Assembly: GCA_963660905.1 (NCBI GenBank)
Contig: CAVKZJ010000004.1
Span: 31,947-95,946 of the forward strand
Direction: 5' to 3'
DNA from: a bacterium
GTDB taxonomy: Bacteria > Bacillota_I > Bacilli_A > RFN20 > CAG-288
Length of the DNA stretch: 64,000 bases
The translations under genes were made by a program, and so were the position numbers. This document shows positions 17,241-26,927 of this stretch, piece by piece. Under the pieces are notes generated by a model. The model searched no databases. It was given only the letters and a program-made list of their open reading frames with translations, and was not told where the DNA came from. Within the stretch, counting starts at the first letter, position 1; each line of letters starts with the position of its first letter.

Positions 17241-18527
17241 TTACTTGTCCTCGATGACATCGATTCCAGGGAGTTTTCCATCAAACTGAATGAGTTCCAA
17301 AGAAGCACCGCCGCCTGTAGAGACATGGCTGAATTCCTTTGTGAAGCCGAATTTCTTTGCTGCAGCAGCAGAATCGCCACCACCGATGACGGTGAAAGCG
17401 CCATCCTTCGTTGCCTCGGCGCAAGCCTGGCAGATAGCCTTTGTGCCTTCCTGGAGATCGGCATTCTCAAAGACACCCATCGGGCCGTTCCAGAAGATGG
17501 TCTTGGCCTTCTTAATGTAGTCGATATAAAGGGCGATGGTCTTCGGACCGATATCGGCACCTTCATAATCGCTCGGGAAATCCGTGGAGTTGCTATCGGC
17601 AAGAGTCTTGATGTCTTCGGCCTTCAAGGAAAGGTCATCGAAGTTCAATCCCTTGGCAAGAACATTGTCGACAGGAAGAACAATCTTTCCTGTTTCATAG
17701 CACTTCTTGGCATATTCGAGCTGATCATCCTCGCATAAGGACTTGCCGACATTGATGCCATAAAGAGCCTTCTTGAAGGTATAGGACATGCCGCCGCCGA
17801 TCAAGATGTAATCGCACTTCTTAAGCAAGGAGTCGATGACTTCGATCTTGGAGGAAACCTTGGCACCGCCCAAGATGGCGATATAAGGAAGTTCATCCTT
17901 CTTCGGGGCAACGCATCTTCCCAAAGCGCTGATTTCCTTTTCCATAAGGAAGCCGACAGCTGTTTCCTTGCCGTCTTTCTTCATTTCATCCGGAATTCCG
18001 AATGTGGAAGCATGAGCTCTGTGGGCAGAGCCGAAGGCATCCATGACGAAAGCATCGCCAAGGCTTGCCCATTCTTTGGCCAATGCGGCATCGTTCTTCT
18101 CTTCACCGGCTTCATAGCGGGTGTTCTGCATGACAAGGACATCGCCTTCCTTCAAGGAAGCAACGGCGGCCTTGAGTTCTTCGCCATGGGTGGCTGGGCA
18201 GAAAGCGACCTTGACATCCTTGCCAAGAGTTTCATCAAGATATTTCTTGAGAGCGGTGATGACAATGGAGAGGTCATTTTTCTTCATCTGCTTTTCGATG
18301 TCTTCCATCGTGGCTTCGCCCTTCTTGAGCTTCTTCCAGGCAACTTTGCCTAAGTGGGACATCAAAACGACCTTGGCATCCTTCTTCAAGAGTTCAGCGA
18401 TTGTCGGAATGGCAGCGCGGATACGATTGTCGTCCGAGATATCAGCACCCTTGTGCGGAACGTTGAAATCAACACGAACAAGGACTGTTTTACCAGTGAC
18501 AGCAATATCCAAAACAGTTTTTTTCAT
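17241..18527 (-). CDS. pgk: phosphoglycerate kinase
   Basis: 428 aa from the ATG at 18527, with AGGAG upstream. The ORF-track start at 18563 adds 12 residues and falls inside the upstream hairpin. VRVDFNVP and GGGDSAAA motifs are present. Confidence 0.97.
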   Translation of the reverse strand: MKKTVLDIAVTGKTVLVRVDFNVPHKGADISDDNRIRAAIPTIAELLKKDAKVVLMSHLGKVAWKKLKKGEATMEDIEKQMKKNDLSIVITALKKYLDETLGKDVKVAFCPATHGEELKAAVASLKEGDVLVMQNTRYEAGEEKNDAALAKEWASLGDAFVMDAFGSAHRAHASTFGIPDEMKKDGKETAVGFLMEKEISALGRCVAPKKDELPYIAILGGAKVSSKIEVIDSLLKKCDYILIGGGMSYTFKKALYGINVGKSLCEDDQLEYAKKCYETGKIVLPVDNVLAKGLNFDDLSLKAEDIKTLADSNSTDFPSDYEGADIGPKTIALYIDYIKKAKTIFWNGPMGVFENADLQEGTKAICQACAEATKDGAFTVIGGGDSAAAAKKFGFTKEFSHVSTGGGASLELIQFDGKLPGIDVIEDK

Positions 18528-18544
18528 AGTTTTTTCTCCTTTTT

Positions 18545-18573
18545 GATAAAAGAAAACGCCCATTTCTGGGCGC
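18545..18573 (-). terminator. intercistronic terminator/attenuator hairpin between gap and pgk
   Basis: Minus strand reads CGCCC-AGAAAT-GGGCG followed by TTTTCTTTTATC. It lies 48 nt after the gap stop and ends ~18 nt before the pgk start. Confidence 0.55.
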
Positions 18574-18620
18574 TTTCCGTTTTATGTTACGAAATGAGCT
18601 ACCCTAATTTCTAAATGAGA

Positions 18621-19691
18621 TTAGGCAAGTTCAGCGAAATACTTGATGGTACGAACCATTTGAGAAGTATAGGAATTCTCATTGTCATACCAAGAAACGA
18701 CCTGAACCTGATAAAGTCCATCACCAATCTTGGTGACCATAGTCTGGGTGGCATCGAAGAGAGAACCATACTTCATACCGATGACATCGGAAGAGACGAT
18801 TGGATCTTCATTGTAGCCGAAGGAGGCACTGGACTGAGCCTTCATGGCAGCGTTGATTGCTTCTGGAGTGACATCTTCACCCTTGACAACAGCGACAAGG
18901 ATCGTGGTGGAACCAGTCGTGACCGGGACTCTCTGGGCAGAACCGATGAGTTTGCCATTGAGTTCAGGGATGACAAGACCGATGGCCTTGGCAGCACCTG
19001 TGCTGTTTGGAACGATGTTTGCGGCACCAGCTCTGGCACGTCTCAAATCACCTTTTCTCTGTGGGCCATCAAGAATCATCTGATCGCCAGTGTAGGCGTG
19101 AACAGTGGTCATGATGCCAGACTGAATCGGGAATGCATCATTCAAGGCTTTGGCCATTGGGGCTAAGCAATTGGTTGTGCAGGAAGCGGCAGAGATAACC
19201 TTATCTTCTGTGGTAAGGGTCTTTTCGTTGACGGAATAGACGATCGTCTTTAAATCCTTGCCAGCTGGAGCAGAGATGACGACTTTCTTGGCACCGGCTT
19301 CAACGTGAGCCATGGCCTTATCTTTGGAGGTGTAGAAACCAGTGCATTCCAAAACGACATCAACACCGATTTCTCCCCAAGGAAGAAGGTTTGCCTTTGG
19401 CTGGGCATAGATGGTGATTTCCTTGCCATCGACAGTGATGGAGCCAGGAACTTTGACTGTCTTTCCATCTTCTTCGAAGATTGGTTCCTTCGAGGTGACG
19501 GTGTGCTTTGCTTCACCGATATGACCGGCATATCCGCCCTGGGCGGTATCATATTTCAATAAATTTGCCAACATCTTAGGACTGGTAAGATCATTGATTG
19601 CAACAACTTCATATCCTTCAGCACCAAACATCTGTCTGAATGCCAAACGACCGATACGACCGAAACCGTTAATAGCTACTTTAACTGACAT
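18621..19691 (-). CDS. gap: glyceraldehyde-3-phosphate dehydrogenase
   Basis: 356 aa. [12 protein letters not shown] motif, active site [10 protein letters not shown], and AGGAGG RBS. Confidence 0.98.
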   Translation of the reverse strand: MSVKVAINGFGRIGRLAFRQMFGAEGYEVVAINDLTSPKMLANLLKYDTAQGGYAGHIGEAKHTVTSKEPIFEEDGKTVKVPGSITVDGKEITIYAQPKANLLPWGEIGVDVVLECTGFYTSKDKAMAHVEAGAKKVVISAPAGKDLKTIVYSVNEKTLTTEDKVISAASCTTNCLAPMAKALNDAFPIQSGIMTTVHAYTGDQMILDGPQRKGDLRRARAGAANIVPNSTGAAKAIGLVIPELNGKLIGSAQRVPVTTGSTTILVAVVKGEDVTPEAINAAMKAQSSASFGYNEDPIVSSDVIGMKYGSLFDATQTMVTKIGDGLYQVQVVSWYDNENSYTSQMVRTIKYFAELA

Positions 19692-19947
19692 TTTAAATGT
19701 CCTCCTATTACGCCACTTATTATACTAACAAAAATAGAAAAATAAACCCTTTTTTATTATTTTTTCTATTTTTTTACCAGAAAAACCATTTCTTGCACTC
19801 TTTTAGCGTGTTTTTTGCATGTTTTTGCTTTTCTGCGTGCGAAGTTGTCATCAAAAAGGCCTCATCTTGTCTAAAATTGTCATTTTTAAGTTTTATTCAT
19901 CGTATATCACGCGTTTTTGAAAAGAAATTATGCTCAAAACACGCAAA

Positions 19948-20952
19948 TTAGGATTCTTGTGGATTTTTGGTCTGTGTATCTTCTTTTTCGATTTCCTCGG
20001 CCTGTGTGCGGATGTTCCTCAAAATATGGACAACGCCCGATTTGGTGATCGAGATATTGTCTGTCTCATTGATATATTCTGCCAATTCACGGTAATTGGC
20101 TTCGTTGAGCTTCCTTCTTGCTGAAATCACCGCCTTGGTCTTGTCATCCAAAAAATCGAAGTTTCTTCTCGTCAGGAAAAGGTCGATGGCATGCAAGTCC
20201 TTCTGAGATGTCATGCGCGTCTTGTTATAGTTGGCGGCATCGCAGATATTGAGTCGGTTGATGGTATTGCTATCATCCTTCATCATTCTTGCATTCTCGA
20301 ACTCGAACATGGACTCCGTCGCTCCAAGATAAGAAAGGAAGACGGCAATCTGATCTGATTTCTTCAGATAGAGAACATGTCGATTCCTTCTTAATATATA
20401 ACGGAAATTCATTGTCTTTTCATCTTTGAAGGTATCGAGCTTATGCACGATGGCCAAGGCATCATTCTTGTCCGAGAAAGCCATCTCCGCAAAATAGGAC
20501 GTTTTATTCGAATTCGGATTGTTGACAGATCCGTTTGCAAGAAAACAGCCAACTAATAAAAACTTCAGATTCTTTCTTCTCAGGCCTTCCTTCGGCGGGA
20601 TTCGAAAATAACCATCCTGCAGGATTTCCAAGTCTTCCATCATATGGTTGATCTTCTCATCTTTGACGCGGATGACATAAACAAGTCCACGCCCGAATCG
20701 GGTCACTTTCTCATATTGAATTTCCGGGGAAAGACCATAGCACTCCTTCAGACAGGCATAGATGAATTTGGCAATCAAGCCATCTTCCGTATGAAGCTGT
20801 AGATCTGTCGTCTGACCAAAGAAGCCCCCTGAGATGATGCCCCCGTTTCTCACAAATCCGGAAAGAATATATTTCTTCTCCTCCGTCGTATAAGTATTCG
20901 TGGTCAATTCTTCTTTGATCTGCCGAGCAAAGGACAATGTCTTCTCTACCAT
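19948..20952 (-). CDS. whiA: DNA-binding protein WhiA
   Basis: 334 aa. The N-terminus SFARQIKEELT..., degenerate LAGLIDADG-like middle region and C-terminal HTH (ANYRELAEYINETDNISITKSGVVHILRNI) are typical of WhiA. Confidence 0.9.
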   Translation of the reverse strand: MVEKTLSFARQIKEELTTNTYTTEEKKYILSGFVRNGGIISGGFFGQTTDLQLHTEDGLIAKFIYACLKECYGLSPEIQYEKVTRFGRGLVYVIRVKDEKINHMMEDLEILQDGYFRIPPKEGLRRKNLKFLLVGCFLANGSVNNPNSNKTSYFAEMAFSDKNDALAIVHKLDTFKDEKTMNFRYILRRNRHVLYLKKSDQIAVFLSYLGATESMFEFENARMMKDDSNTINRLNICDAANYNKTRMTSQKDLHAIDLFLTRRNFDFLDDKTKAVISARRKLNEANYRELAEYINETDNISITKSGVVHILRNIRTQAEEIEKEDTQTKNPQES

Positions 20953-20953
20953 A

Positions 20954-21877
20954 TCATTCCCTCTGGCTCAGCTGATGGATCATGCTTGCCGCAAGAGCCC
21001 CATCTCCAATGGCCGTCGAAACCTGGCGAAGCGGCGTCTTTCGGCAATCGCCGATGGCAAAAAGATTCTTGATATTCGTTTCAAGGGAAGCATCCGTCTT
21101 GATATACCCGTCATCCGTTTCCAGTGTCGGAAGATCAACAAATCCTGTCGATGGGATTTCTCCGACATAGAGAAAAAGTCCTTGGATGGATAAATCGATT
21201 TTCTCCATTGTTTCCTTATTCTGTATGCACAAAGAGGAGATGGACTCCTTTCCATCGCATGAGAGGACATCATAGGGCGCATAAAGAGATGTATTCTTCA
21301 GGTTCTTGAATTTCTCCACGACGCTTTCCTGGGCACGGAAAATATTTCGTCTTGCAATCAAGGAAACATGATTGCAGAGACTCGAAAGATAAATAGCCTC
21401 CTCAAAGGCGGCATTTCCTCCGCCGATGACAGCGACATCCTTTCCTTTATAAAAAGGACCATCGCAGATTGCGCAGCGTGAGATTCCTTTTTTCTGGAAT
21501 TTTTCTTCCCCAGGAATCATAAAAGGCTTCTCCGAAAGACCGTTTGCCAAGATGACATAGCGAAAATCAGATGAGAAGCGGCTTCCATATTCGATATGGA
21601 AAGTCGAATCCTCATTCAGGGAAAGTCTTTTCACTTCCTTATAGATTGGCTGGATGTCAAAAGAAGAAATCTGTTCCTCAAGAAGATTTCCGAAAGCAGG
21701 CCCCTGAATTGCCTTCAATCCGGGATAATTCTCGATTTTCTCCGTCTTATTCACTTTTCCGCCGACAAGCTCCTTTTCGAAGCAGACCGGCTTCATTGCA
21801 TAGCGTTTTAAATAAATGGCCGCACTCACGCCACCTGGGCCAAGGCCGATGATTGCCACTTCCTTTTCATCCACCAT
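20954..21877 (-). CDS. trxB: thioredoxin-disulfide reductase
   Basis: 307 aa from the ATG at 21877, with GGAGG upstream. The ORF-track extension to 22084 is Arg/Lys-rich junk overlapping lgt. FAD motif IIGLGPGG, redox centre CAICDG, NADPH motif VIGGGNAA. Confidence 0.93.
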   Translation of the reverse strand: MVDEKEVAIIGLGPGGVSAAIYLKRYAMKPVCFEKELVGGKVNKTEKIENYPGLKAIQGPAFGNLLEEQISSFDIQPIYKEVKRLSLNEDSTFHIEYGSRFSSDFRYVILANGLSEKPFMIPGEEKFQKKGISRCAICDGPFYKGKDVAVIGGGNAAFEEAIYLSSLCNHVSLIARRNIFRAQESVVEKFKNLKNTSLYAPYDVLSCDGKESISSLCIQNKETMEKIDLSIQGLFLYVGEIPSTGFVDLPTLETDDGYIKTDASLETNIKNLFAIGDCRKTPLRQVSTAIGDGALAASMIHQLSQRE

Positions 21878-21890
21878 AAAGCACCTCCCC

Positions 21891-22934
21891 TTATCTTCGA
21901 ATATCTTTTTCCATCTTCTGCAGTTTTTCCAGATCTGAAACCTCGTCTTCCTTCTTTTCCTCGCTCTTCTCTTCCTTCTTGATTTCGACAACGCTGAGAT
22001 CCTGCAGGTAGAGATTCTTGATGAATGGATAGCGATCGAATGCATTCTTTCCCGAAAGGTGATACAGGACATGATTGATGACAATCAGAACAAGGCCGAC
22101 GATGATGAAGGCAATCGCCATAAAAAAGGATTTGTAATTCGAATGGGACGACGTGACGTTTTCCGTTCCCATGATGAAAGCAGGATTTCTGAGCGGCTCG
22201 AGAACAGCACGGATGATGCCATATGCAATAAAATAGCCAAAAGCCTGATCCCCGTTGACATATCGATTTTTTTCGATCGCCGGGATACCCTGCGTCAGAA
22301 GGAAATAAAAGAGAATATTCACGACACCTTCGACAAGAAACAAGGGCGCAGCAACGCTTCCAGAGGGGATTTTCACGCCAGAAAGCATGCTCGAAGTTCC
22401 ATTCTGCATGTTGTTCATGATGAAGGAAGGAAGAAAATTCCAAGCCTCCGGCGAAACGGCATGGCCGAAGACTTCCTGATTGAAGAAATTTCCCCATCGG
22501 CCAAACATCTGGGCAACAAAGATTGTCGGGACGGCAAAGTCCATCGCCTGAAGAATGGAGACGCCTTTTCTTCGAAAGAAGACAACCAGAACACCCGAGA
22601 TGACGCCAAGTATGACGCCTCCCTGGATGGCAAGTCCGCCATTCCACAGGGCAAACATGTTTCCAAAGCCGGCCCAGAACCCTCGGTTCTGGAACACAGG
22701 AAGGAATTCAGCCTGGAACGAGGCAATCACATACCAGATTCTCGCTCCGACGATGCCGAGCGGGAAAGCCACAAGGAACACCGTATCGAAGAAATTCCAG
22801 TTATAGCCAGCCTTTCTGGCACGATAGTTCGACAAAAAGAAAGCGACGCCCGCTCCAAAAAGAATAAACAGGGCGTAAAACCTCACAACCGGATTCGAAG
22901 TCGGGAATCCATTGACATATGCTAGTGAATTCAT
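21891..22934 (-). CDS. lgt: prolipoprotein diacylglyceryl transferase
   Basis: 347 aa, multi-TM, with GRWGNFFNQEVFG. It carries a Lys/Glu-rich C-terminal tail. Confidence 0.93.
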   Translation of the reverse strand: MNSLAYVNGFPTSNPVVRFYALFILFGAGVAFFLSNYRARKAGYNWNFFDTVFLVAFPLGIVGARIWYVIASFQAEFLPVFQNRGFWAGFGNMFALWNGGLAIQGGVILGVISGVLVVFFRRKGVSILQAMDFAVPTIFVAQMFGRWGNFFNQEVFGHAVSPEAWNFLPSFIMNNMQNGTSSMLSGVKIPSGSVAAPLFLVEGVVNILFYFLLTQGIPAIEKNRYVNGDQAFGYFIAYGIIRAVLEPLRNPAFIMGTENVTSSHSNYKSFFMAIAFIIVGLVLIVINHVLYHLSGKNAFDRYPFIKNLYLQDLSVVEIKKEEKSEEKKEDEVSDLEKLQKMEKDIRR

Positions 22935-23996
22935 TTAATCATCCTTCTTTGGTGTAACGACATTGGACTCTTTCTTTGGATAAGGTTCCGACTTGAGCTG
23001 CACGTTCGATTCATTCATGGCAGCCAAGGCATTCAAGACAGAAGCGTTGATGGAATTCTGTCTTCTTGCCCTTTGGTGCAGTTCGCTCAATCTCTTCTGG
23101 AATTCATAGCCGGTATCGTATCCGAAATCCTTCAGTTTGTAGTTCGTGACGGCTGTCTCCACAATCTCCGACATGCTTCTTGCCGCCGAGACAGGAAGCT
23201 TGATCAAAGGAACCGTCTCCCCTAAAATCTCATACTGATCCGTCTTCATGCCGATTCTTTCCAAAGGCTCTTCCTTCTTGAATGGCACAAGATGGATGAC
23301 AAGGCGGATGCGGCTTTTATCCGCAAGCGAGTTGACTCCGAACATTCTTTCCACATTGATGATGCCGATTCCGCGCACTTCCATCATTCCAGAGATGCTT
23401 TCTGGGCAGCTTCCAATGAGGCTTCCGCGAACATTGGAAATATCAACACGATCATCCGCAATCAATCGATGGCCTTTTCGGATCAGATCAAGAGAGATTT
23501 CACTTTTGCCGATGCCGGATTCACCCAAAAGAAGAACGCCGATGCCATAAATTTCCATCAAGACGGCATGCAGGGCTGTTTTCGGAGCCAAGACTTCGGA
23601 AAGATAGACATACATATCCGAAGAGAGTGTCGAAGTATCCTGCCCCGAGGAGAACAAAGGGGCATTCATCTTCTTGGCAGCGCGCAAGACCGGTTCCGGA
23701 CACTGGTTTCCCTGCGTGATAATGCAGCATGGGCATTCCGGATCGAAAATCTTCAAGCAGTTATGATACACAAATTCAGGATCCGAATCGTTGATGAGGG
23801 CAACTTCCTTGTTGCCGATCAGCATGATTCGATCTTTTTCGTGAAAATGGAAAATGCCGAGCAGTTCCACACCCGGACGATCCAATTTCGCGTATTTGAC
23901 CGGACGATGCAAAGCCTGCAAATCTCCATTGATGACATTGAAGCCGAAATGATTGGCTAATTCTAAATTTGTGAGCATATCAAAAACCTCGTTCAA
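22935..23996 (-). CDS. hprK: HPr kinase/phosphorylase
   Basis: 353 aa. P-loop GESGIGKSE, IADDRV and EVRGIGI motifs, plus a ~40-aa C-terminal extension. Confidence 0.95.
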   Translation of the reverse strand: MNEVFDMLTNLELANHFGFNVINGDLQALHRPVKYAKLDRPGVELLGIFHFHEKDRIMLIGNKEVALINDSDPEFVYHNCLKIFDPECPCCIITQGNQCPEPVLRAAKKMNAPLFSSGQDTSTLSSDMYVYLSEVLAPKTALHAVLMEIYGIGVLLLGESGIGKSEISLDLIRKGHRLIADDRVDISNVRGSLIGSCPESISGMMEVRGIGIINVERMFGVNSLADKSRIRLVIHLVPFKKEEPLERIGMKTDQYEILGETVPLIKLPVSAARSMSEIVETAVTNYKLKDFGYDTGYEFQKRLSELHQRARRQNSINASVLNALAAMNESNVQLKSEPYPKKESNVVTPKKDD

Positions 23997-24043
23997 CCAT
24001 GAACATTATAGCAAATCGGCATCTATTTTTAACCCATATCGGG

Positions 24044-26899
24044 TCAATCTTCCACAAAACGCTTCTCGAGATACTTTTCTTTTTCGAGTTCTCGTTTCAG
24101 ATAGTGGCCGGTATAGGACTTTTCACAGAGGAGAAGGCCGTCGATATTTCCCTCAAAGACAAGGTTCCCGCCTTTATCACCACCTTCCGGCCCCAGATCG
24201 ATGACATAATCCGCACATTTGATGACATCCAGATTGTGCTCGATGACGACGACGGTATTTCCATTGTCCACAAGGCGGTTGAGGACGCCGATGAGTTTGT
24301 CGATATCATAAGGATGCAATCCCGTTGTCGGTTCATCCAGGATATAGAGCGTCCTGCCATCGCTTTTCCGTTCAAGCTCATAGGCAAGTTTCACTCGCTG
24401 CGCCTCGCCGCCAGAGATGGTCGTCGAGGATTGGCCAAGTTTCATATAGCCAAGCCCGACATCGACAAGCGTTTCGAGTTTCTTTTTGATGGATGGAACA
24501 GCGGAGAAGAATTCCAGTGCATCCTCCGCACGCATATCGAGAACATCCGCAATGGATTTTCCTTTATATTGAACAGCCAAGACATCATCGGAATATCTTT
24601 TCCCGTGACAGACATCGCATTCCACATAGACATCCGGAAGGAAGTTCATCGAAATGCGTCTGACGCCATCGCCCTGACATGCTTCACAGCGTCCACCTTT
24701 CACATTGAACGAGAACATCGACTTGTCCATGCCCTTGATTCTCGCTTCCTTCGTCGAGGCAAACACCTCCCGGATATCGTCAAAGACTTTGATATAGGTT
24801 GCCGGATTGCTTCTCGGCGTTCGTCCAATCGGTTCCTGAGAAACATTGATGACCTTCGAAATCAACTGAACATTCTCTATGCTTTCGCATTCGCCTTTTT
24901 CCGTCTTGAATCCCAATTCGCTTTTCACCGTCTTGTAGAGGCAATCATCGATCAGGGATGATTTTCCGCTTCCCGAGACGCCTGTGACACAGGTGAAGCA
25001 GCCAAAAGGAATATGGACATCGATATTCTTCAGATTGTGGCAATGGGCATGATGGATAGTCAGTGTCTTGGCATAGTTTCGATGAATGGATGGCTTGGCA
25101 ATCATCCTTCGTCCAGAAAGATAATCGGCCGTGAGAGAGTCTTTATTTTTCATCAGTTCCTTTGGCGTACCCTGGAAGACAACGTTTCCGCCATGTTCGC
25201 CCGCCCCTCTTCCGATATCGACAACATAGTCTGCGGCAAGGATCGTATCCTCATCGTGTTCGACCACAATGAGAGAATTGCCAAGGTCCCTCATCTCCTT
25301 CAGGGTGTGAATCAATTTATCATTGTCTCTCTGGTGAAGACCGATGGATGGTTCATCCAAAACATAAAGGACACCTGTCAGTTTCGAGCCAATCTGGGTG
25401 GCAAGACGGATTCGCTGAGACTCACCGCCGGAAAGCGTGCTTGCCTGACGAGAAAGAGTGAGGTAATCCAATCCGACGTCGATCAGGAATTTCAGTCGAT
25501 TCTTGATTTCGTTGATGATCAGATCGGCAATCTTATGCTGCGTCACAGTCAGTTGGAGATTCATAAAAAAGTCAAAGATATTCCCCAGTGACTTGTTGCA
25601 CAGTTCATCGATGTTCAGTCCACCGACCCTTACAGAGAGAACCATCTTGTTGAGTCTTGCGCCATGGCAGGTTGAGCATTCATGCTCCGCCATGAAAGAC
25701 CCATACCACTGCTTCATCCATTCGGATTTCGTCGTGTTGTAGAGTCGGTCGATTCTTCCCTTGAGGCCTTCCGTCACGTATTTGTTGATTTTTGATCCGT
25801 TGGATGATTCATAGATATAATGAACCGGTTCTGTCGGTCCATAGATGATGATATCCTTCTGCCTTTGGGAAAGTTTATTGAAGGGTGTGGTAGTCGAAAT
25901 CTTGTATTTCTCCAAAACAGCATAGAAGTCATTCCATTCAATGGTGTCATGATTGTTTTTCGGAAGACAGGCCAAAGCCCCATCATCGATGGATTTCATG
26001 GGATCGGCAATCATGAGATTCGGATCCGCTTCGATATTGACACCCAAGCCATGGCAGTCCGGACAGCATCCGAGAGGATTGTTGAACGAAAAGAGTCTTG
26101 GTTCCAACGGAGGAACCGTGAATCCACAGATTGGACACGACTGATGTTCGCTATATAAAGTCTCTTTTCCATCGACGTCAATCAGGACATAGCCCTTAGC
26201 AAAATCAAGAGCTGTTCTCAAGGAGTCAAAAACTCGACTTTTATTCTCATCCGATAAGACGACTCGATCGATTGCAAAGGAAATGGTATGTTTGAGATTC
26301 TTGTCAAGAACAGGAACAGAGTCGTATCTCTTCAATGGCTGATCATCGATTTTTGCCCTGGAAAAGCCCGCAGCAAAGAATTTCTCCATCGTGGCAGCAT
26401 GACTTCCCTTCTCATTCTGGACTATCGGTGCATAGATGGTCATTTTGCTCGAAAGATCATTCTCATAGACAGCGTTGAAAATCTGCTGAAGGGAGGTCGC
26501 CTGAATCGGAATATGATGTTCTGGGCAATAGCTGATGCCGATTCTCGAATAGAGAAGTCGAAGATAGTCATAGATTTCCGTCACCGTTCCGACCGTGGAA
26601 CGGGGATTGTGGCTTGTAGTTTTCTGGTCGATGGAAATCGCAGGAGCAAGTCCATCAATGGAATCGACATCCGGCTTGGAAAAGTCACCCAAAAACATTC
26701 TCGCATAGGACGAGAGCGACTCCACATAACGTCTTTGTCCTTCGGCAAAGATGGTATCGAAAGCCAAAGTCGATTTTCCGCTTCCGGAGACACCTGAAAA
26801 GACAACCAACGCATTCTTCGGAATGGTCACATCGATGTTCTTCAGATTGTTTTCCCTGGCACCTTTGACGACAATATAATCCTTATAATTTTCATTCAT
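24044..26899 (-). CDS. uvrA: excinuclease ABC subunit A
   Basis: 951 aa with two ABC modules (GVSGSGKSTL twice, LSGGESQR/ISGGEAQR) and zinc-finger Cys clusters. Confidence 0.99.
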   Translation of the reverse strand: MNENYKDYIVVKGARENNLKNIDVTIPKNALVVFSGVSGSGKSTLAFDTIFAEGQRRYVESLSSYARMFLGDFSKPDVDSIDGLAPAISIDQKTTSHNPRSTVGTVTEIYDYLRLLYSRIGISYCPEHHIPIQATSLQQIFNAVYENDLSSKMTIYAPIVQNEKGSHAATMEKFFAAGFSRAKIDDQPLKRYDSVPVLDKNLKHTISFAIDRVVLSDENKSRVFDSLRTALDFAKGYVLIDVDGKETLYSEHQSCPICGFTVPPLEPRLFSFNNPLGCCPDCHGLGVNIEADPNLMIADPMKSIDDGALACLPKNNHDTIEWNDFYAVLEKYKISTTTPFNKLSQRQKDIIIYGPTEPVHYIYESSNGSKINKYVTEGLKGRIDRLYNTTKSEWMKQWYGSFMAEHECSTCHGARLNKMVLSVRVGGLNIDELCNKSLGNIFDFFMNLQLTVTQHKIADLIINEIKNRLKFLIDVGLDYLTLSRQASTLSGGESQRIRLATQIGSKLTGVLYVLDEPSIGLHQRDNDKLIHTLKEMRDLGNSLIVVEHDEDTILAADYVVDIGRGAGEHGGNVVFQGTPKELMKNKDSLTADYLSGRRMIAKPSIHRNYAKTLTIHHAHCHNLKNIDVHIPFGCFTCVTGVSGSGKSSLIDDCLYKTVKSELGFKTEKGECESIENVQLISKVINVSQEPIGRTPRSNPATYIKVFDDIREVFASTKEARIKGMDKSMFSFNVKGGRCEACQGDGVRRISMNFLPDVYVECDVCHGKRYSDDVLAVQYKGKSIADVLDMRAEDALEFFSAVPSIKKKLETLVDVGLGYMKLGQSSTTISGGEAQRVKLAYELERKSDGRTLYILDEPTTGLHPYDIDKLIGVLNRLVDNGNTVVVIEHNLDVIKCADYVIDLGPEGGDKGGNLVFEGNIDGLLLCEKSYTGHYLKRELEKEKYLEKRFVED

Positions 26900-26927
26900 A
26901 CCTTTTTCCTCGACAGAAAAGAAGAAA

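Noticed and set aside
19697-20124. Small plus-strand ORFs (84 aa and 64 aa) in the gap upstream spacer and the whiA 3' end
   Set aside because: They are AT-rich and Phe/Leu/Lys-rich, lack an RBS, and overlap the promoter region and whiA.
21826-22925. 273-aa minus-strand ORF (21826-22647) and 288-aa plus-strand ORF (22059-22925) overlapping lgt
   Set aside because: lgt (21891-22934) has the Lgt signature and a membrane topology. The alternative frames give Cys/Arg/His-rich improbable proteins.
23999-24961. 320-aa plus-strand ORF antisense to the uvrA 3' half. The same situation holds for 35798-36844, antisense to the amino-acid ABC permease/SBP genes
   Set aside because: Both are embedded in conserved genes on the other strand and have no recognisable domain.
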